Assembly: GCA_965153285.1 (NCBI GenBank) | Contig: OZ229129.1 | Length of the DNA stretch: 64,000 nt | DNA from: Podarcis tiliguerta | Lineage: Eukaryota | Direction: 5' to 3' (one strand) | Part shown: piece after piece, positions 37,325 through 49,700 of the stretch | Layout: each line of letters opens with the position of its first letter | How positions within the stretch are numbered: position 1 is the stretch's first letter | Translations under genes and position numbers: made by a program | The notes under the pieces: generated by a model | What the model saw: the letters and a program-made list of their open reading frames with translations, nothing else | Database searches by the model: none | Told to the model about the DNA's origin: nothing

Positions 37325-37655
37325 TACTTATTCATGCAGCACATAGTTAAACTATGGAACTCACTCCCACAGGATGACCACCAACCTAGAAGAATTTAAA
37401 AGAAGATTAGACAAATTCATGGAGCAGAGGGATAATGGTGGCTAATAGCCATGATGGCTTTGCTCTGCCTTCACAGTTAGATGCAGCAATCCTTCCTAAT
37501 ATCAGTTTCAGGAAACCACATGAGGGGAAAGTGCTTTAGGGCTTAAATCCTGCTTGCAGGTTTCCCATAGGCAAGCGTTCAGCCACTGTGAGAACAGAAT
37601 GCTGGACTGGGTGCGCCACTGAACTTATTCAGCAAGACATTTCTTGAGTTCTTAC
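37325..37655 (+). mobile_element. CR1-like LINE 3' end
   Basis: VKLWNSLPQD...FKRRLDKFME-like C-terminal remnant and a 3'UTR ending ttcttgagttctta; an opposite-strand CR1 fragment follows at ~37685-37940. Confidence 0.65.
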
Positions 37656-37977
37656 ATGATGCTTTATGAAGATAAAGAGGGTAAGCCACTGAAAGCCCTC
37701 TCTTCCGTGAATTTGCATAACCCTCTTTTAAAGTCATCCAGGTTGGTTTCTATCACTGCTTTCTGTGGGAGCAAGTTCCACATTTTAACTACGTGCTGCA
37801 TGAAGAACTCCTTTTTTTTCTGTCCTGAATCTTCCAACATTCACCTTCATTGGATGCCCAAGAGTTATTTCTTTATGAGAGAGGGAGAAAAACCTTTCTC
37901 TACCTACTTTCTCAAAGCCATACATAATTTTATAAACATAACTCATCTTCATTCTTTGGCCCAAACAACACTTACTA

Positions 37978-38336
37978 AAGGTAAAGGTAAAGGTACCCCT
38001 GCCCGTTCGGGCCAGTCTTGACAGACTCTAGGGTTGTGCGCCCATCTCACTCAAGAGGCCGGGGGCCAGCGCTGTCCGGAGACACTTCCAGGTCACGTGG
38101 CCAGCATGACATCGCTGCTCTGGCGAGCCAGAGCCGCACACGGAAACGCCGTTTACCTTCCCGCTAGTAAGCGGTCCCTATTTATCTACTTGCACCCGGG
38201 AGTGCTTTCGAACTGCTAGGTTGGCAGGCGCTGGGACCGAACAGCGGGAGCGCACCCCGCCGTGGGGATTCGAACCGCGACGTTTCGATCGGCAAGCCCT
38301 AGGCACTGAGGCTTTTACCCACAGCGCCACCCGCGT
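37978..38336 (-). mobile_element. Sauria SINE, full length
   Basis: (AAAGGT)n tail on the plus strand, tatttatctacttgcac core and ...cagcgccacccgcgt head; TSD CTTACTA at 37971-37977 and 38337-38343; CpG-rich. Confidence 0.9.
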
Positions 38337-38765
38337 CTTACTAGATTCACACTTTTTGAAAGAATATGCAAAATTCCCATGCCCTGAATTTTGGGATGTG
38401 GTTCTCCAGCCAAGTTATATGTACGTAAATGCATGCACCACGGCAATCTGCATGACACGCAGGCTCTGGGTCTGCCTCCTGGTGACCCAGCACCCAGTGA
38501 GAGCTGTTGAGTCCAGCAGCCAATCAGAAAGGGAAGAGTGGAATTAAGATGAGATGCAGTTTAAAGGTTTGATAGGGACTTTCTCTCTGGGTGGGCAGCT
38601 GGGGCCTCTGGCTATCTGAGTAGACTCAGAAAGGGAATATCTGTCAGTGGGGACAGATAGTGAATTGAGTCTCAGTTAGAGGTAGGGATTGCCTGTGGAC
38701 AGACAAGGTTTTGACCATCTGAGCTGGGTTAGCTTGGCAGGGTTGATGGTTAAAAACACAGATAT

Positions 38766-39320
38766 TTTACTTACTTACTTACTTACTTAATGCTTATGTT
38801 TCTCTGTAACATAAATATATATCACAGCAATACAAAACATAAAACCAAACAATAAAATAATAAGATGTTAAAAACAAGGAAAACGCAAAAAGAAATTAAA
38901 AACAAACTTTAACAGACCATTTTATTGCCTGCATAGGCCTGATGGAATAGAAAAGTTTTCAGCAGGCATTCGAAAGTTTGCACAGAAGGTGCCTGCTGAA
39001 TCTCTGTTGGCAGAGTATTCCACAGGACTGGGCCAATGGCACTGAAGACTTGGCTTCTCATTGTTATCAAATGAGCCTCACCAACTCAGTGAATGACCAA
39101 AGTCGCTCTTGCAGATGATTACAGTGATTGAGCTGGTATATAAGGATTCAGACGCAAGTTGTTCAGGCCTTTGTAAATCAATACAGTAACCTTGAACCTA
39201 GCTTGGCAGCAGGTGGGTAGCCAGTGCAGCTTTTTAAACTCTGGTGTTGCATGTTCTCAATAAGAAGCTCCCATCAGCAATGTGTCTGCAGCATTCTGCA
39301 CTGGCAGGAGCTTCCAAACC
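38766..39320 (-). mobile_element. L2-like LINE 3' fragment
   Basis: (TTAC)n tail; gagtattccacagg...ccttgaacctagc...ccagtgcagc...gcagcattctgcac (reverse of VQNAA). Confidence 0.6.
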
Positions 39321-40774
39321 ATTACAGGTGGGGAAAGTCTACTTGGATGAAGAGTGCCGTTTAAAAAGTTTCTCTGTAAAGAGTTTGTGCTTTGACCTAA
39401 GTTTTGTGTGAAATTAATGTGTGAAACCATTAATCACTAAACCCCCATAGGATGCTATTAAATACACATACAGATTTGTCCTACAATTGCTCCCTTGTAC
39501 TTTGAACCTCTGTGTGGGGAGTGAGTGGACATTGGGCAGCCTTCACAGAAATATAATACCTTGCTGCTGTCTAATTATAGACCTCCCCTGGATGCAAGGG
39601 AAGTTTCTCTATTAACACACCCAGACTATTGGTCACATTACCCGGTCCCAATCTTCAATGGGGGTGTCTGCCACAATGTGTGCGTTTTTTTAAAAAGGTG
39701 ACATGTACTTGTATTAGTGGGAGTAACACAAAAACCACATTGCACTAGGGAGACTTGTTGGCAAAAAACATGTATCTTAGTCCAGACTCACCCCCCCCCC
39801 CAAATAATGAGCATAAATTCACACTAAAACGCTGACAATTTTTCATTAGGGTTGTTGTTGTTACAGATTGTGCTGGAAACACGTAGAACTGAATTTAAGA
39901 AGGGGAGAATGACAAACCTAAGAGAACTGAAATTGACACTTTAGATGGGATTCTAATATCTAATAGCTTCCACTGGGCTCACCTTCCATCCTTTTGGAAA
40001 GTCTGTAGCTGGCTACAAGTTACACTCCTATTCCTGTGCCTGTTCTCCCTGGCATAATGTTTTTGGGGAAATCTAGGCCAGCCGTCTGCCTCCCAGCCCT
40101 CAAAATGTCTAGAAAATAGATTTGTTAACGCTTAGAACTCAGTAGCTCGAGCAAGTATGAGCTCAGTCCCCAGTGCATGGGGTAGAGAGTTCTTTAGCAA
40201 TATTTTATTTTAGCTCAAACATTCTGATATCAAAATAATAAAACCCATATAATCGGTTGCACTGCATCGCCTCTGGCTGTCAGGCTGCCACACCTACACT
40301 GAAACTTCAACACTCTGTTGTGCTATACGTTGTCTGTCAATAAATTGTTTTGTTTTATAGGCGAAAGTGAGGCACTTTCTAGGGGGAAAGAAATACAAGT
40401 ATTAATGTTCAAGTATTAATAATTAAGTGTCCATGTGGAGTGGCGGCAGTGCATTGCTACTCACTTTTGTCATTTTTTGCAAAATACATAACTGGGAATT
40501 CTTTGACAGTGCAATGATTGATAGACCCTATTCGGCATGGCTTCCTAACAATGTGGCGCAGAGTCAACTCCAAGAAGAGGAGAAAAGTGTGCGTGTGTGT
40601 GAAGGAGGCATATTCTTCTTCTTTGGCGATCACTCGTAGCCAAGTAAGATTGTCTTCCATAAACACACTTTTAACAATGAGTCCATAAGTGACTGTGGAG
40701 GCTAATCCACACAAGGCATAATAGAGTCTGAGCAGTACACTCAATTTCTTGGCTATAGTTGATATTATAGATAG

Positions 40775-41000
40775 AGAGCCAGTGTGGTTAGAATGCTGGG
40801 CTGTGAGCTGGGAGGCCACGGTTTGAATCCCCACTCAGTCATGCGGCTCACTGGGTGACCTTGGGCCAGTCACTGCCTCTCTCAGCCTAACCTACCTCAC
40901 AGGAACGTTGTGAGTATAAAAAAAGGAGGGGGAGAACAACATACACCACCTTGTGCTCCTCAGAGAAACAGATGGTATATAAATGTAATAAATAAATAGA
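40775..41000 (+). mobile_element. MIR/CORE-like SINE
   Basis: ggtttgaatccccactcag...ctcactgggtgaccttgggccagtca...cctacctcacagg...ataaatgtaataaataaa; a similar copy lies at ~62010-62232. Confidence 0.7.
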
Positions 41001-41103
41001 TAAATATATTATTTATATACAGTCATTCATTATCAAATTAATGGGTGGATTACAAAATGTATTAAAATAGTACATATTAAAACAACAACCCAAAACATCA
41101 GTA

Positions 41104-41344
41104 CAGTCAAACCTCGGTTGTCAAATGTAATCTGCTCTGGAAGCCCATTCGGCTTCTGAAATGTTTGACAACCAAGGCATGGCTTCTGATTGGTTGCAAG
41201 AGCTTCTTGCACTCAAGCGGAAGCCATGCCGGATGTTCGGCTTCCAAAAAGCATTCAAAAACTGGAGCATTTACTTCTGGGTTTTTGGCATCTGGGAGCC
41301 GGAACGTTAAAAAATGGAGCCATTCGAGAACCAAGGTTTGGCTG
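41104..41344. mobile_element. Tigger-like MITE
   Basis: TA|CAGTCAAACCTCGGTT ... AACCAAGGTTTGGCTG|TA; followed by an (ACA)n microsatellite. Confidence 0.8.
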
Positions 41345-43129
41345 TACAACAACAACAACAACAACCACCACAACAACAACAGAAAGTTATAGAGAAGGCT
41401 AAAAGCTATGCACTAAAATCAACAAATGCTTGATGGAATATATAGGTCTTTGTTAGGCACAATTAAGGATGGTGCCTGTGATACTTCAAGGGGGACTGAA
41501 GGGAAATCCCTAGGCCTGGTACCAGCACTGGCACTCTCAGGCAACTGCCAGGGCCCCAATACCATGCCAGGGCCCACCAGCATTGCATCTGCCATGCAGC
41601 CACCACCACCTACACAATGGGTGGCTACAAAGTTCATTTTACATACTCTACAATGCCCCCCCCCCCCCCGAATGTCAGGTACTTTTAAATTGTGGAGAAT
41701 TTTAAAGTGGGGCACGTAGCTGTAGCTGCCATCAGGTTAGCCCATGGCCAGGGAAGTTGATAGATGGACAAGGTGGTCCATGGAGCGCACTTTGCTGAAG
41801 GTCCTCCAGAAATATGGGGCCAGACTTGGTTCAATCCATACCAAGGAGGCCAAACAACAACATGAAAAGCACCTAATCTCTCCCTTCATGAAGGGCCAGG
41901 CTAAGACATTTTTCTGCCAAAGGCAGAAAAGGTAAGATGGTATTGTTGCCCCCCTATTCCACACACAGAAGCGCATCTTTGAGTGCTTCAGAGGTTCCTT
42001 TCCCAAAGTAGGAACAGTTTCCAAGAGATGCCCAAGAATGAAAACTGAGAATGACTGCCAAAGCTCTACCTGAAAAGTATGGAACAGGTAACAGGAAATG
42101 CCCAGGTTTTAGCTGAGTAGCCAGGTCTCTGAACCATGGGGGACAACTAACAGCACTTCTTCAGATTATTTCCGTTATCAAGATGGGATAAAAGGATGAA
42201 AGCAGTCTTTAAACTATCCTTGACCCAGGGCTTTGTATACTAACCTGGTCCAGTAGCATATGAGCATTCAGTGCAGATGTTTCAGTAGTGCCACATGACA
42301 TCAGATGTCTACTTGCATCAGCAGTCTAGTTCCTGCATTCTGCACTAGTTGGAGCTTCTGAGACAGGCCCATGGGCAGCCCCACATAAAGTGCATTGCAG
42401 TAGCCTAGTTTCAATGTTATGAATGCGTAGACTCTGTTACCTGAGGTCTCCTCCTAATGGTAGCACCAGCCCTGTCTTCATGGCTGGTTAGCTTCCAGAT
42501 AATGAAGCAAAGCATAACATAGCTTCAGCTGACCCAAGAAGGGACAGTATCTTTACTCCTGCAACCCAGCTGGTCTGTCTTTTCCCAGTCAACTTGCTTT
42601 GAGGAAAGTGAACCCCATCACAAAAGGAAATGGAGAAGTACCAACAGGGTTGCTGCATACATACTGTGTACACAGCCATAGAGAAAACATGTAGGGACCA
42701 GGTGTGTGAATGACCCATCCTCCTGGAATCAAGATTGGAATTATATATTGTTATGAACTTGTGGGTGGCAGACATCTAAATCCCTAGATGTTAGAATTTA
42801 ATCAAGACAGGCTTGCCTCTTGAGTGATTAGGAGAACAAAGGAAAGGTAATGGGCCATTTAGAGAAGAAAGGAAAAGGGGCTCTATGTGAGAAGGCAATA
42901 ATCACTCACACATCTAACAGTGGGTACCATTTGCAGACCGATGCGCCATACCCTCATTGCCTCTTGAGACACACCGGATTGGCCAGAGCTGTGTGATTCA
43001 TTGCTTTCAACTGTCTCATGGGGCGGGGGTCTCCGCCTGGGCATGCAAATGGGTGGGGCCCTCCTCCCTCCTCCAGCTCTTAGAATGACAAAGTTGGAGT
43101 TGGAGAGTTTGCTTCAATATGACTTAGAA

Positions 43130-44249
43130 CAGTGGTTCCCAATTAAGGGTCGAGGGACCCCTAGGGGTCTGTGGAACTCACCCAGGGGGTCTGCGGCTCC
43201 ATCCCTTGCTTCCTGCCCAACTAAATTTTTGTCATTTTTGCATGGCAATATCATAAATTTTATGGTCTTTTTTTTAGCGCTGTGTGATTTTTCAATATAT
43301 TGGCCAAAATTGGTTTTGAAATCTCACCACAGTAACAATTTTGATTTGGCAATACGCAGCAATATATCGCTCCTGTTGCGAGGGAGAGCACAGCAGCCAA
43401 TTTCAAGGCACTTGCCGATATGGCACGATGATCTCAGCCAATAGCACTGCTGATCTGATCTGCCTTCGCTCATGCTGAGGGAGACCAGGGCAGCCGATAA
43501 TGCTGCATCCTTCCCTCATGGTGATGGAAAACAGGGCAGCTAATTGCAAGGCACTGCCTCCCCCTCACACTGACAGACAACAGGGCAACTGACTGCCCTC
43601 CCTTCAAGGCACCGTGGCACTACCCTTCCCTGGCACTGAGGAGGAGGAGCTTTTTTGCTGGCTGCCACCACTGGCTGCCCCAATGATGGCGGCTTAACGC
43701 ACCCTCCATCCCCATCCCCTCCCACTCAAACCTTTTGGTGGAGGTGACTCCGCTTCCTCCCCCTGCCCCATCTAATCTCCATGACTGCTGCTTCCCTCAT
43801 CCCTACGCCTGATCTCCAATTTCAGATATCATGATATATCATAATAACGTTATGTCTAGCTACTGATGTACAGTGGTACCTCGGGTTACAGATGCTTCAG
43901 GTTACAGACTCCGCTAACCCAGAAATAATACCTCAGGTATTATTTGCTTCAGGATGTGAACAGAAATCAAGCGGTGGCAGGAGGCCCCATTAGCTAAAAT
44001 GGTACCTCAGGTTAAGAACAGTTTCAGGTTAAGAACGGACCTCCAGAACGAATTAAGTTCTTAACCAGAGGTACCACTGTATCATGATGTTGAAAACTAG
44101 CTCAGTCCTGGTCTGTTTTTCAGTATACCTAAAATTGCTTTGCAGAGGTAACTACCAAAGAGTTATCCAAATTTGCAAAAGTAGGGGGTCCGTGGCTTGG
44201 CTTTTGAAAAATAATGGGTCCTTGGCAATTAGCTAATTGGGAACCACTG
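43130..44249. mobile_element. hAT (Charlie-like) non-autonomous element hosting nested insertions
   Basis: Perfect 15-bp TIR CAGTGGTTCCCAATT / AATTGGGAACCACTG; flanks acttagaa/acctagag form a degenerate 8-bp TSD. Confidence 0.8.
43871..44079. mobile_element. MITE family A nested in the hAT element
   Basis: TA|CAGTGGTACCTCGGG ... AGAGGTACCACTG|TA. Confidence 0.92.
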
Positions 44250-44875
44250 ACCTAGAGGAAAAAGCTGCAGGTTAGAAAGGCAAAGAGAGGGCCATGGCTC
44301 ATTTCTGCTTGAATCCAAGGCTTTGTCTATGGGAGAAGCAAGAGCTTTTTGGGGTGCTGATGCTGTGAACCCCTCCATCATAGGCTCAGGTTGTATATAT
44401 GTGTCAATAAACCATATAACCTAAAGACACTACAAGTCTCTGCTGTGCCCCATTCCCAAAAGGAAACACGAACCCTGGGTAAGCACCATGGAATCTCTCA
44501 GCACTCAGAGATTGTGGCAGCGTGCAACAACATTGTGCTTTGACTGAACCTTTCCTGCATTGCAGGCAACCTGGTTGCAGGCAAACAAAATTGCCACCTG
44601 ACCACTGGTGCACAAAGCCATCTGGTCGATCAACACATTATTTTGCCAACACAAAGGAAAGCAAGGTAGTTTCCTATTACCTCCATCCAGCCTAATAGCT
44701 GGAAAGGGGCTTTGGCCAGAGGCTATGAAATTACATCAGTTGCATTTTCTTGATGTAGTTTAGAAGCAATTGCTTTGGGTTTCACTGTGACCCAAACCTC
44801 TTCAACTAGTGCCGCTTATATCAGCTCTGAATGAGATGCCATGATGTTACATGAGAAGGGGTATAGAAAGAAATA

Positions 44876-45614
44876 TCGTATTTTTATGTGTATAATATGG
44901 TGCTTTTTGCTAAAAAAAATAGGCAAAAATTGGGTGCTATCTTATACCCGGATAGTGAATGCAGAGGGGGGACATGTGATTAATGGCAGCAGCAAGCAGG
45001 AGATTGGCGGTGGTGATTGGGCAGGTGATTGGTGGCTGCAACAAGGCCTACTGGCGATTAGCTGTGGCTGCAGCAATTGGGCAGGTGACTGGCAGCTGTG
45101 GAGAAGCGGGCAGGCGATTGGCAGCTGTGGCAAGTGGGTGGGTGGTCTGTTGACGGCAGTGAAGAGGCAGACAACTGGCGGCTGAGGCGAGGTGTGCAAT
45201 CGGCAGTGGCTGTGGCAAGCAATCGGCAGTGGTGGGCAGGCAGGTGAGCAATTGGTGGAAGTGACCTCCTCCACCCTCCAAAAAAGCTAAACAACTTAAT
45301 TCCTTAATTTTGGGTTAAAAAAATTGGGGTTGTCTTATACATGGGGGCGTCTTATACAGTGGTACCTCAGGTTACATACGCTTCAGGTTACATACACTCA
45401 AGTTACAGACTCCGCTAACCCAGAAATATTACCTCGGGTTAAGAACTTTGCTTCAGGATGAGAACAGAAATCATGCAGCGGCAGTGCGGCAGCAGCAAGA
45501 GGCACCATTAGCTAAAGTGGTGCTTCAGGTTAAGAACAGTTTCAGGTTAAGAACAGACCTCCGGAACGAATTAAGTACTTAACCCGAGGTACCACTGTAC
45601 ATGGAAAAATATGG
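44876..45614. mobile_element. Older Tc2-like element with degenerate GGGCAGGTGATTGGC tandem interior
   Basis: TA|TCGTATTTTT ... GTCTTATA[MITE A]CATGGAAAAATATGG|TA. Confidence 0.7.
45357..45597. mobile_element. MITE family A nested in the TIR of the Tc2-like element
   Basis: TA|CAGTGGTACCTCAGG ... CCCGAGGTACCACTG|TA. Confidence 0.92.
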
Positions 45615-46436
45615 TAGGTCCTTGCAGAAAAATAAAAGATGCAGGTTAGGAGACATAAATCCTATTTGCTTTACAAGACAGCATTTGCAAAACATTTGAA
45701 AATGTGGTCCCCTAACCCTGTGGAGGTTACCATTAGAGATGAAACAAAATTTCAGGACCTTACCATTGTAAATGGCCTATTGACTATGCATTGGCCTGGC
45801 CTTCTTTTTCAGCCCCATTTTTACCATACCATTCAAGTGAGAGCCTTTGCAATTCAGTGAATGGATAATCTGCTACCTGTGTGCTTCCAACAAAGGTTTA
45901 ACCTGACAGAGTCTTGCAAGGATGTAATTTCATCTCCAGGATCCCATGAATCTCTCTTTGCAAAGACTTTAGCAACACGACCCCTGAGTATGTCTCTTGC
46001 CCTTCAAATCCCCTGCAGGAGATGCATGATCTTTAAAAAACAACAACATGCAAAATACACACACACAGTCCTAGCCTGGCTCATAAAGCATTGATCAAAA
46101 TTCAGGATGAAGGGAGACAAAAAGAACAAAAATGAAGTAGTGGATGACTGCATCAAGATAAAAATAACCTTGTTAAGGAAGGGAAGACAGAAGAAGATTT
46201 CTTCTATGGCAGTTGGAGTTGTAGAAACATTATTGGTTTTTGCAGAACAGGTCAGAATAGTGTACATTTAGTTATGCTGGAGGAGAGATGTAAAACACTT
46301 GTCAAGCAAACTGAAGAAAGAAACAGGTTTCACCCAATATTAGGCTGCACACAGCCTCTTTCCAAGCACAACAAAACTACAAAACCTAATGAGTTGAAGC
46401 TTTAGAATATTTCCATACCAAAACATGAGGTCAGGC

Positions 46437-46776
46437 CAGGGGCTGATCTACTATGAAACTAATAAAGCTTAACTTTCAGGGCCCCTAATCCTGAAGGGGC
46501 CCCAGAAGCAGTTTTCATCCACATTGCTTAATTTTTTTTTGGAGTTGACCCAATTTGAGCCACACAACTCAAATTGGTTATTTTTTCTTGTATATATTTC
46601 GACAATCCCAAAGTATGAGAGTCGGTAGAACAGATGTTGTAAAGGTGTGATGATCTCTTGTGGAACAACCCCCTTGCAGAAGATAGCAGTGGTCACCCAG
46701 ACCTCATTGCTGGTTGCAAAGGGGGCCCCATGACAGTTCAAGCTTCAGGGCCCCCCAAATGTAGGTCTGCCACTGT
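46437..46776. mobile_element. Probable PIF/Harbinger-like MITE
   Basis: CAGGGGCTGATCTA ... TAGGTCTGCCACTG imperfect inverted ends; repeated CAGGGCCCC/GGGGCCCC subterminal motifs. Confidence 0.5.
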
Positions 46777-46883
46777 ATCAGGCTATGATCTAGGCACTGG
46801 CAGAGGAGTGGGGGGGGGAGTGCACCACCCCCAGCAGTGCAATCCAGGTGGGGTGCCATCGCGACTGTCCCCCGCCTGCGACT

Positions 46884-47015
46884 CCCAGATCCAGTGGCGG
46901 AGCTTTATGCTCCAGGACCGGGGGGGTGGAGAGCAGGTGGGCGTGCGCCACCCCCACGCCCACCTGCTCTCCGCCCCCCGGTGCCGGAGCATGAAGCTCC
47001 ACCACTAGATCTGGG
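46884..47015. repeat. GC-rich near-perfect inverted repeat (probable Harbinger-like MITE)
   Basis: CCCAGATCCAGTGGCGGAGCTT...GAGAGCAGGTGGGCGTG / CACGCCCACCTGCTCTC...AAGCTCCACCACTAGATCTGGG. Confidence 0.8.
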
Positions 47016-47369
47016 TACATCACCATTAAAGATCAAGAAGCTTCCATTGCCTTCAGCCCTACCACAAAGCACCCTTTGGTAGCAGATATAGGGTGCCCTT
47101 AAGAGTGGCAGAATTAGACACAGGCCAACCTGACAACATGATCAAGTTGGCTATGCATCTTACTTTAAGGAGGCGAGTCCTCCATTTGAAGGGCTGTTTG
47201 GGGACCATCCTCTGTTGGAAGGAGTCCTCTATCTGGAGAGATATCTGATCCAAGTCCAGTTTAAAGATAAAAGAACCCTAAGAAAGGAGAACAGCAGGGG
47301 CTTTCCATAGGCTGTTCATTTGGTTGGTCAGGATACTTAAGAACAAAGGACGCCACCTCATGATGAAGC

Positions 47370-47565
47370 AGACCTTTGGTTCATCAAGTTCGGTACTGTC
47401 TTGCATTCAATCAATCAATCAATCAATCAATCAAATTGTCTTACATTGACTGTCAGTGGTTCTCTAGGATTTCAGAAAAGGATATTCCCAGCCCTACCAG
47501 GAGATGCCAGGGACTGAACCTGAGTCCTTTGGCAAAGCAGATGTTATACCATGGAGCTTTAGCTC
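47370..47565 (-). mobile_element. Squam3-like SINE interrupted by (CAAT)n
   Basis: ccagccctaccaggagatgccagggactgaacctg...; (TCAA)n at ~47407-47433. Confidence 0.6.
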
Positions 47566-48249
47566 TTGCGGTACATTCTTAAGTTGCCTATCCACAGTTA
47601 GCACCTGGAGAACAGACTTGATTGGCACACAGGTGGTCCCAATCTTTCCCAGTATGGTGAAATGCATTGTATTTCTTTTTAAATTAAAGCAATTCTTTCT
47701 AGATTTGAATCTGTACATGCAAATTAGCATGTGAACATTTTATGCAAATCCGTGTCCTCGTTTGTTCTTTGTTTTCACAGGAGGCAACACATATGCAAAT
47801 ATATGCCTAAACATAATGCACTTGTGCAAGCCACAGTGGGATGAGCAACCATACCCTTGCACAGTTTCAGTTCATTCCAATGGGTCTAAGATTTTTGGTG
47901 GGTCATTCTCATACGATCAAGCCAACAGCATCTTACACTTATTCAAAATGGGCCAACTCATAGATCTGGTGACCTCAGCATGATAGCCTTCAGGGGAGCA
48001 CCAGGCTGCCAATGAACAGCCAATTTGGTTGACATTTATGGAGGTAGTGATTGTGTGACCTGGTAGCCCTATGCAGGAGTGGTGGAGATAAGACCACTGC
48101 AATCTGTATGATTCCAACAGCAATGCAACTCAGAATAATTAGGTCTTTCCTAAGGGCATGTAGAAAGGTACCATGGGTTACCATAATTTCTAATGCTACT
48201 CTTTCTCTCCCTATAAGTAGCCCCAGGGTAACCTAAGAATGGTTTTGCA

Positions 48250-49700
48250 TTTTTATTTTTTATAAAAAAAAAAATTTATTGAATGATTTTATGTTTCAAA
48301 AAACAATACAACCATACTACCACTAAATATAATTGAGAAATAAAAATTACATACATCAATATTTAGTTTGTTATTTGTTATTTACTGTCTTATTTCCTCC
48401 CAAACATTCCATACAAAAACACACATATGTACAGACACACACACACACACAAAAATGATAATAATGAAAGTAAATATTCCCCCCCTTTTATCTTACAAAA
48501 TCTTTTCTTCAACTTTGACTTCCTGTCAAGTCCCTTTGCATATATTTTATCTTACAATCGAATGTACACAATACAATAAACCTTTCTATATAAATTTTCC
48601 AATAGATTCTGAAATCATAACACATCCTTAATTGTTGTCCACCTCCTTTTAGTTCCTTTATCACTCGAATGCTAGCATGGAGTCAAAACTATTATTGCAT
48701 TTTTGAACATATCTTCTATAACCAAACCCATTTTTCCACAAATTTTTGCTTTGAGTTTCCTCTGAGTTTGCTAGTCAATTGAGCCGTCTCCACCAATTTC
48801 TGTAATTTGATTTGCCAATCTGTTATTTTTGGAGCCTCGTTATCTTTCCATCCCTTGGCCACAAGTATTCGAGCCACTGTGGTTGCATACAAGAATACCT
48901 CTCTTAGATTTTTTGGGATCTCTTTATCTAAAATACTTAATAGAAATGCCTCTGGTTTTTTAGTAAAAGTTATCCCCATCATCTTTTTTAATTCATCGTA
49001 TATTCCCCCCCCCCAAAAAAAATTCTTAATCTTTTCACACGTCCACCACATGTGGATCATGTCACCATTATTTCTTCCATATCTCCAACAAGCATTCGCC
49101 AGATTTTTATACATTCTTGATAATCTGGAAGGAGTGAGGTACCACCTATGAGCCATTTTCATCATGTTCTCTCTTATATTATAGCTGGCTGTAAATTTGA
49201 AATTTACATTCCATAAGTTTTCCCAATTTTTTAACATAATTCTATGGCCCATATCTTGGGCCCACTTTATCAGTGAAGCCTTAACCTCCTCATCCATTAC
49301 TTCATAGTCTAAAAGAAGTCTATACATTTTTGCAATTACCTTGGTTTTACTATTCAGTAGTTCTCTTTCAGATCTTGAAGGCTCCTTTTCAAAACCTGTC
49401 TGCTCATCCTGTCTGTCTGAACACTTCATTCACCTGGAAGTAATCTAGCCAACTAGAAAAGTGATCTTATATTTTCTCATAACCTCAATATTAGCCGACC
49501 CTCCTCCTACCTTAATATTGTGTTATACGTTATCTAGTTCTCTTTGATGTTGTTGTTTTTTAACAGCGATGGCTTCTAGTGGAAAGTTCCATCTTGGAGT
49601 TTTCTGTTCCAAACATCTTTTGTATTTTCCCCCATACTTTATATATAGCATTTCTTATTATATGATTTGTTCCTGCATTTTTAAGGGCATCTTGACTCTA
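48250..49700 (-). mobile_element. 5'-truncated L1-clade LINE (ORF2 C-terminus and 3'UTR)
   Basis: ORF 48716-49429: ...RENMMKMAHRWYLTPSRL...CWRY..GDMIHMWWTC.KIK..W, the cysteine-rich (zf-RVT-like) end of L1 ORF2; AT-rich 3'UTR and poly(A) signal near 48250-48280. Confidence 0.85.

Noticed and set aside
38397-39675. Possible LTR (TGTGG...CCACA) split by the L2 fragment
   Set aside because: There is no matching TSD and the boundaries are uncertain, so I cannot support it without a repeat library.
41744-41935. 63-aa ATG ORF ending at an AG|GTAAG-like donor on the plus strand
   Set aside because: There is no recognisable homology, no partner exons, and it sits among old repeat remnants.
48716-49429. 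237-aa ORF as a host gene
   Set aside because: It is the C-terminal fragment of L1 ORF2 in a 5'-truncated copy.
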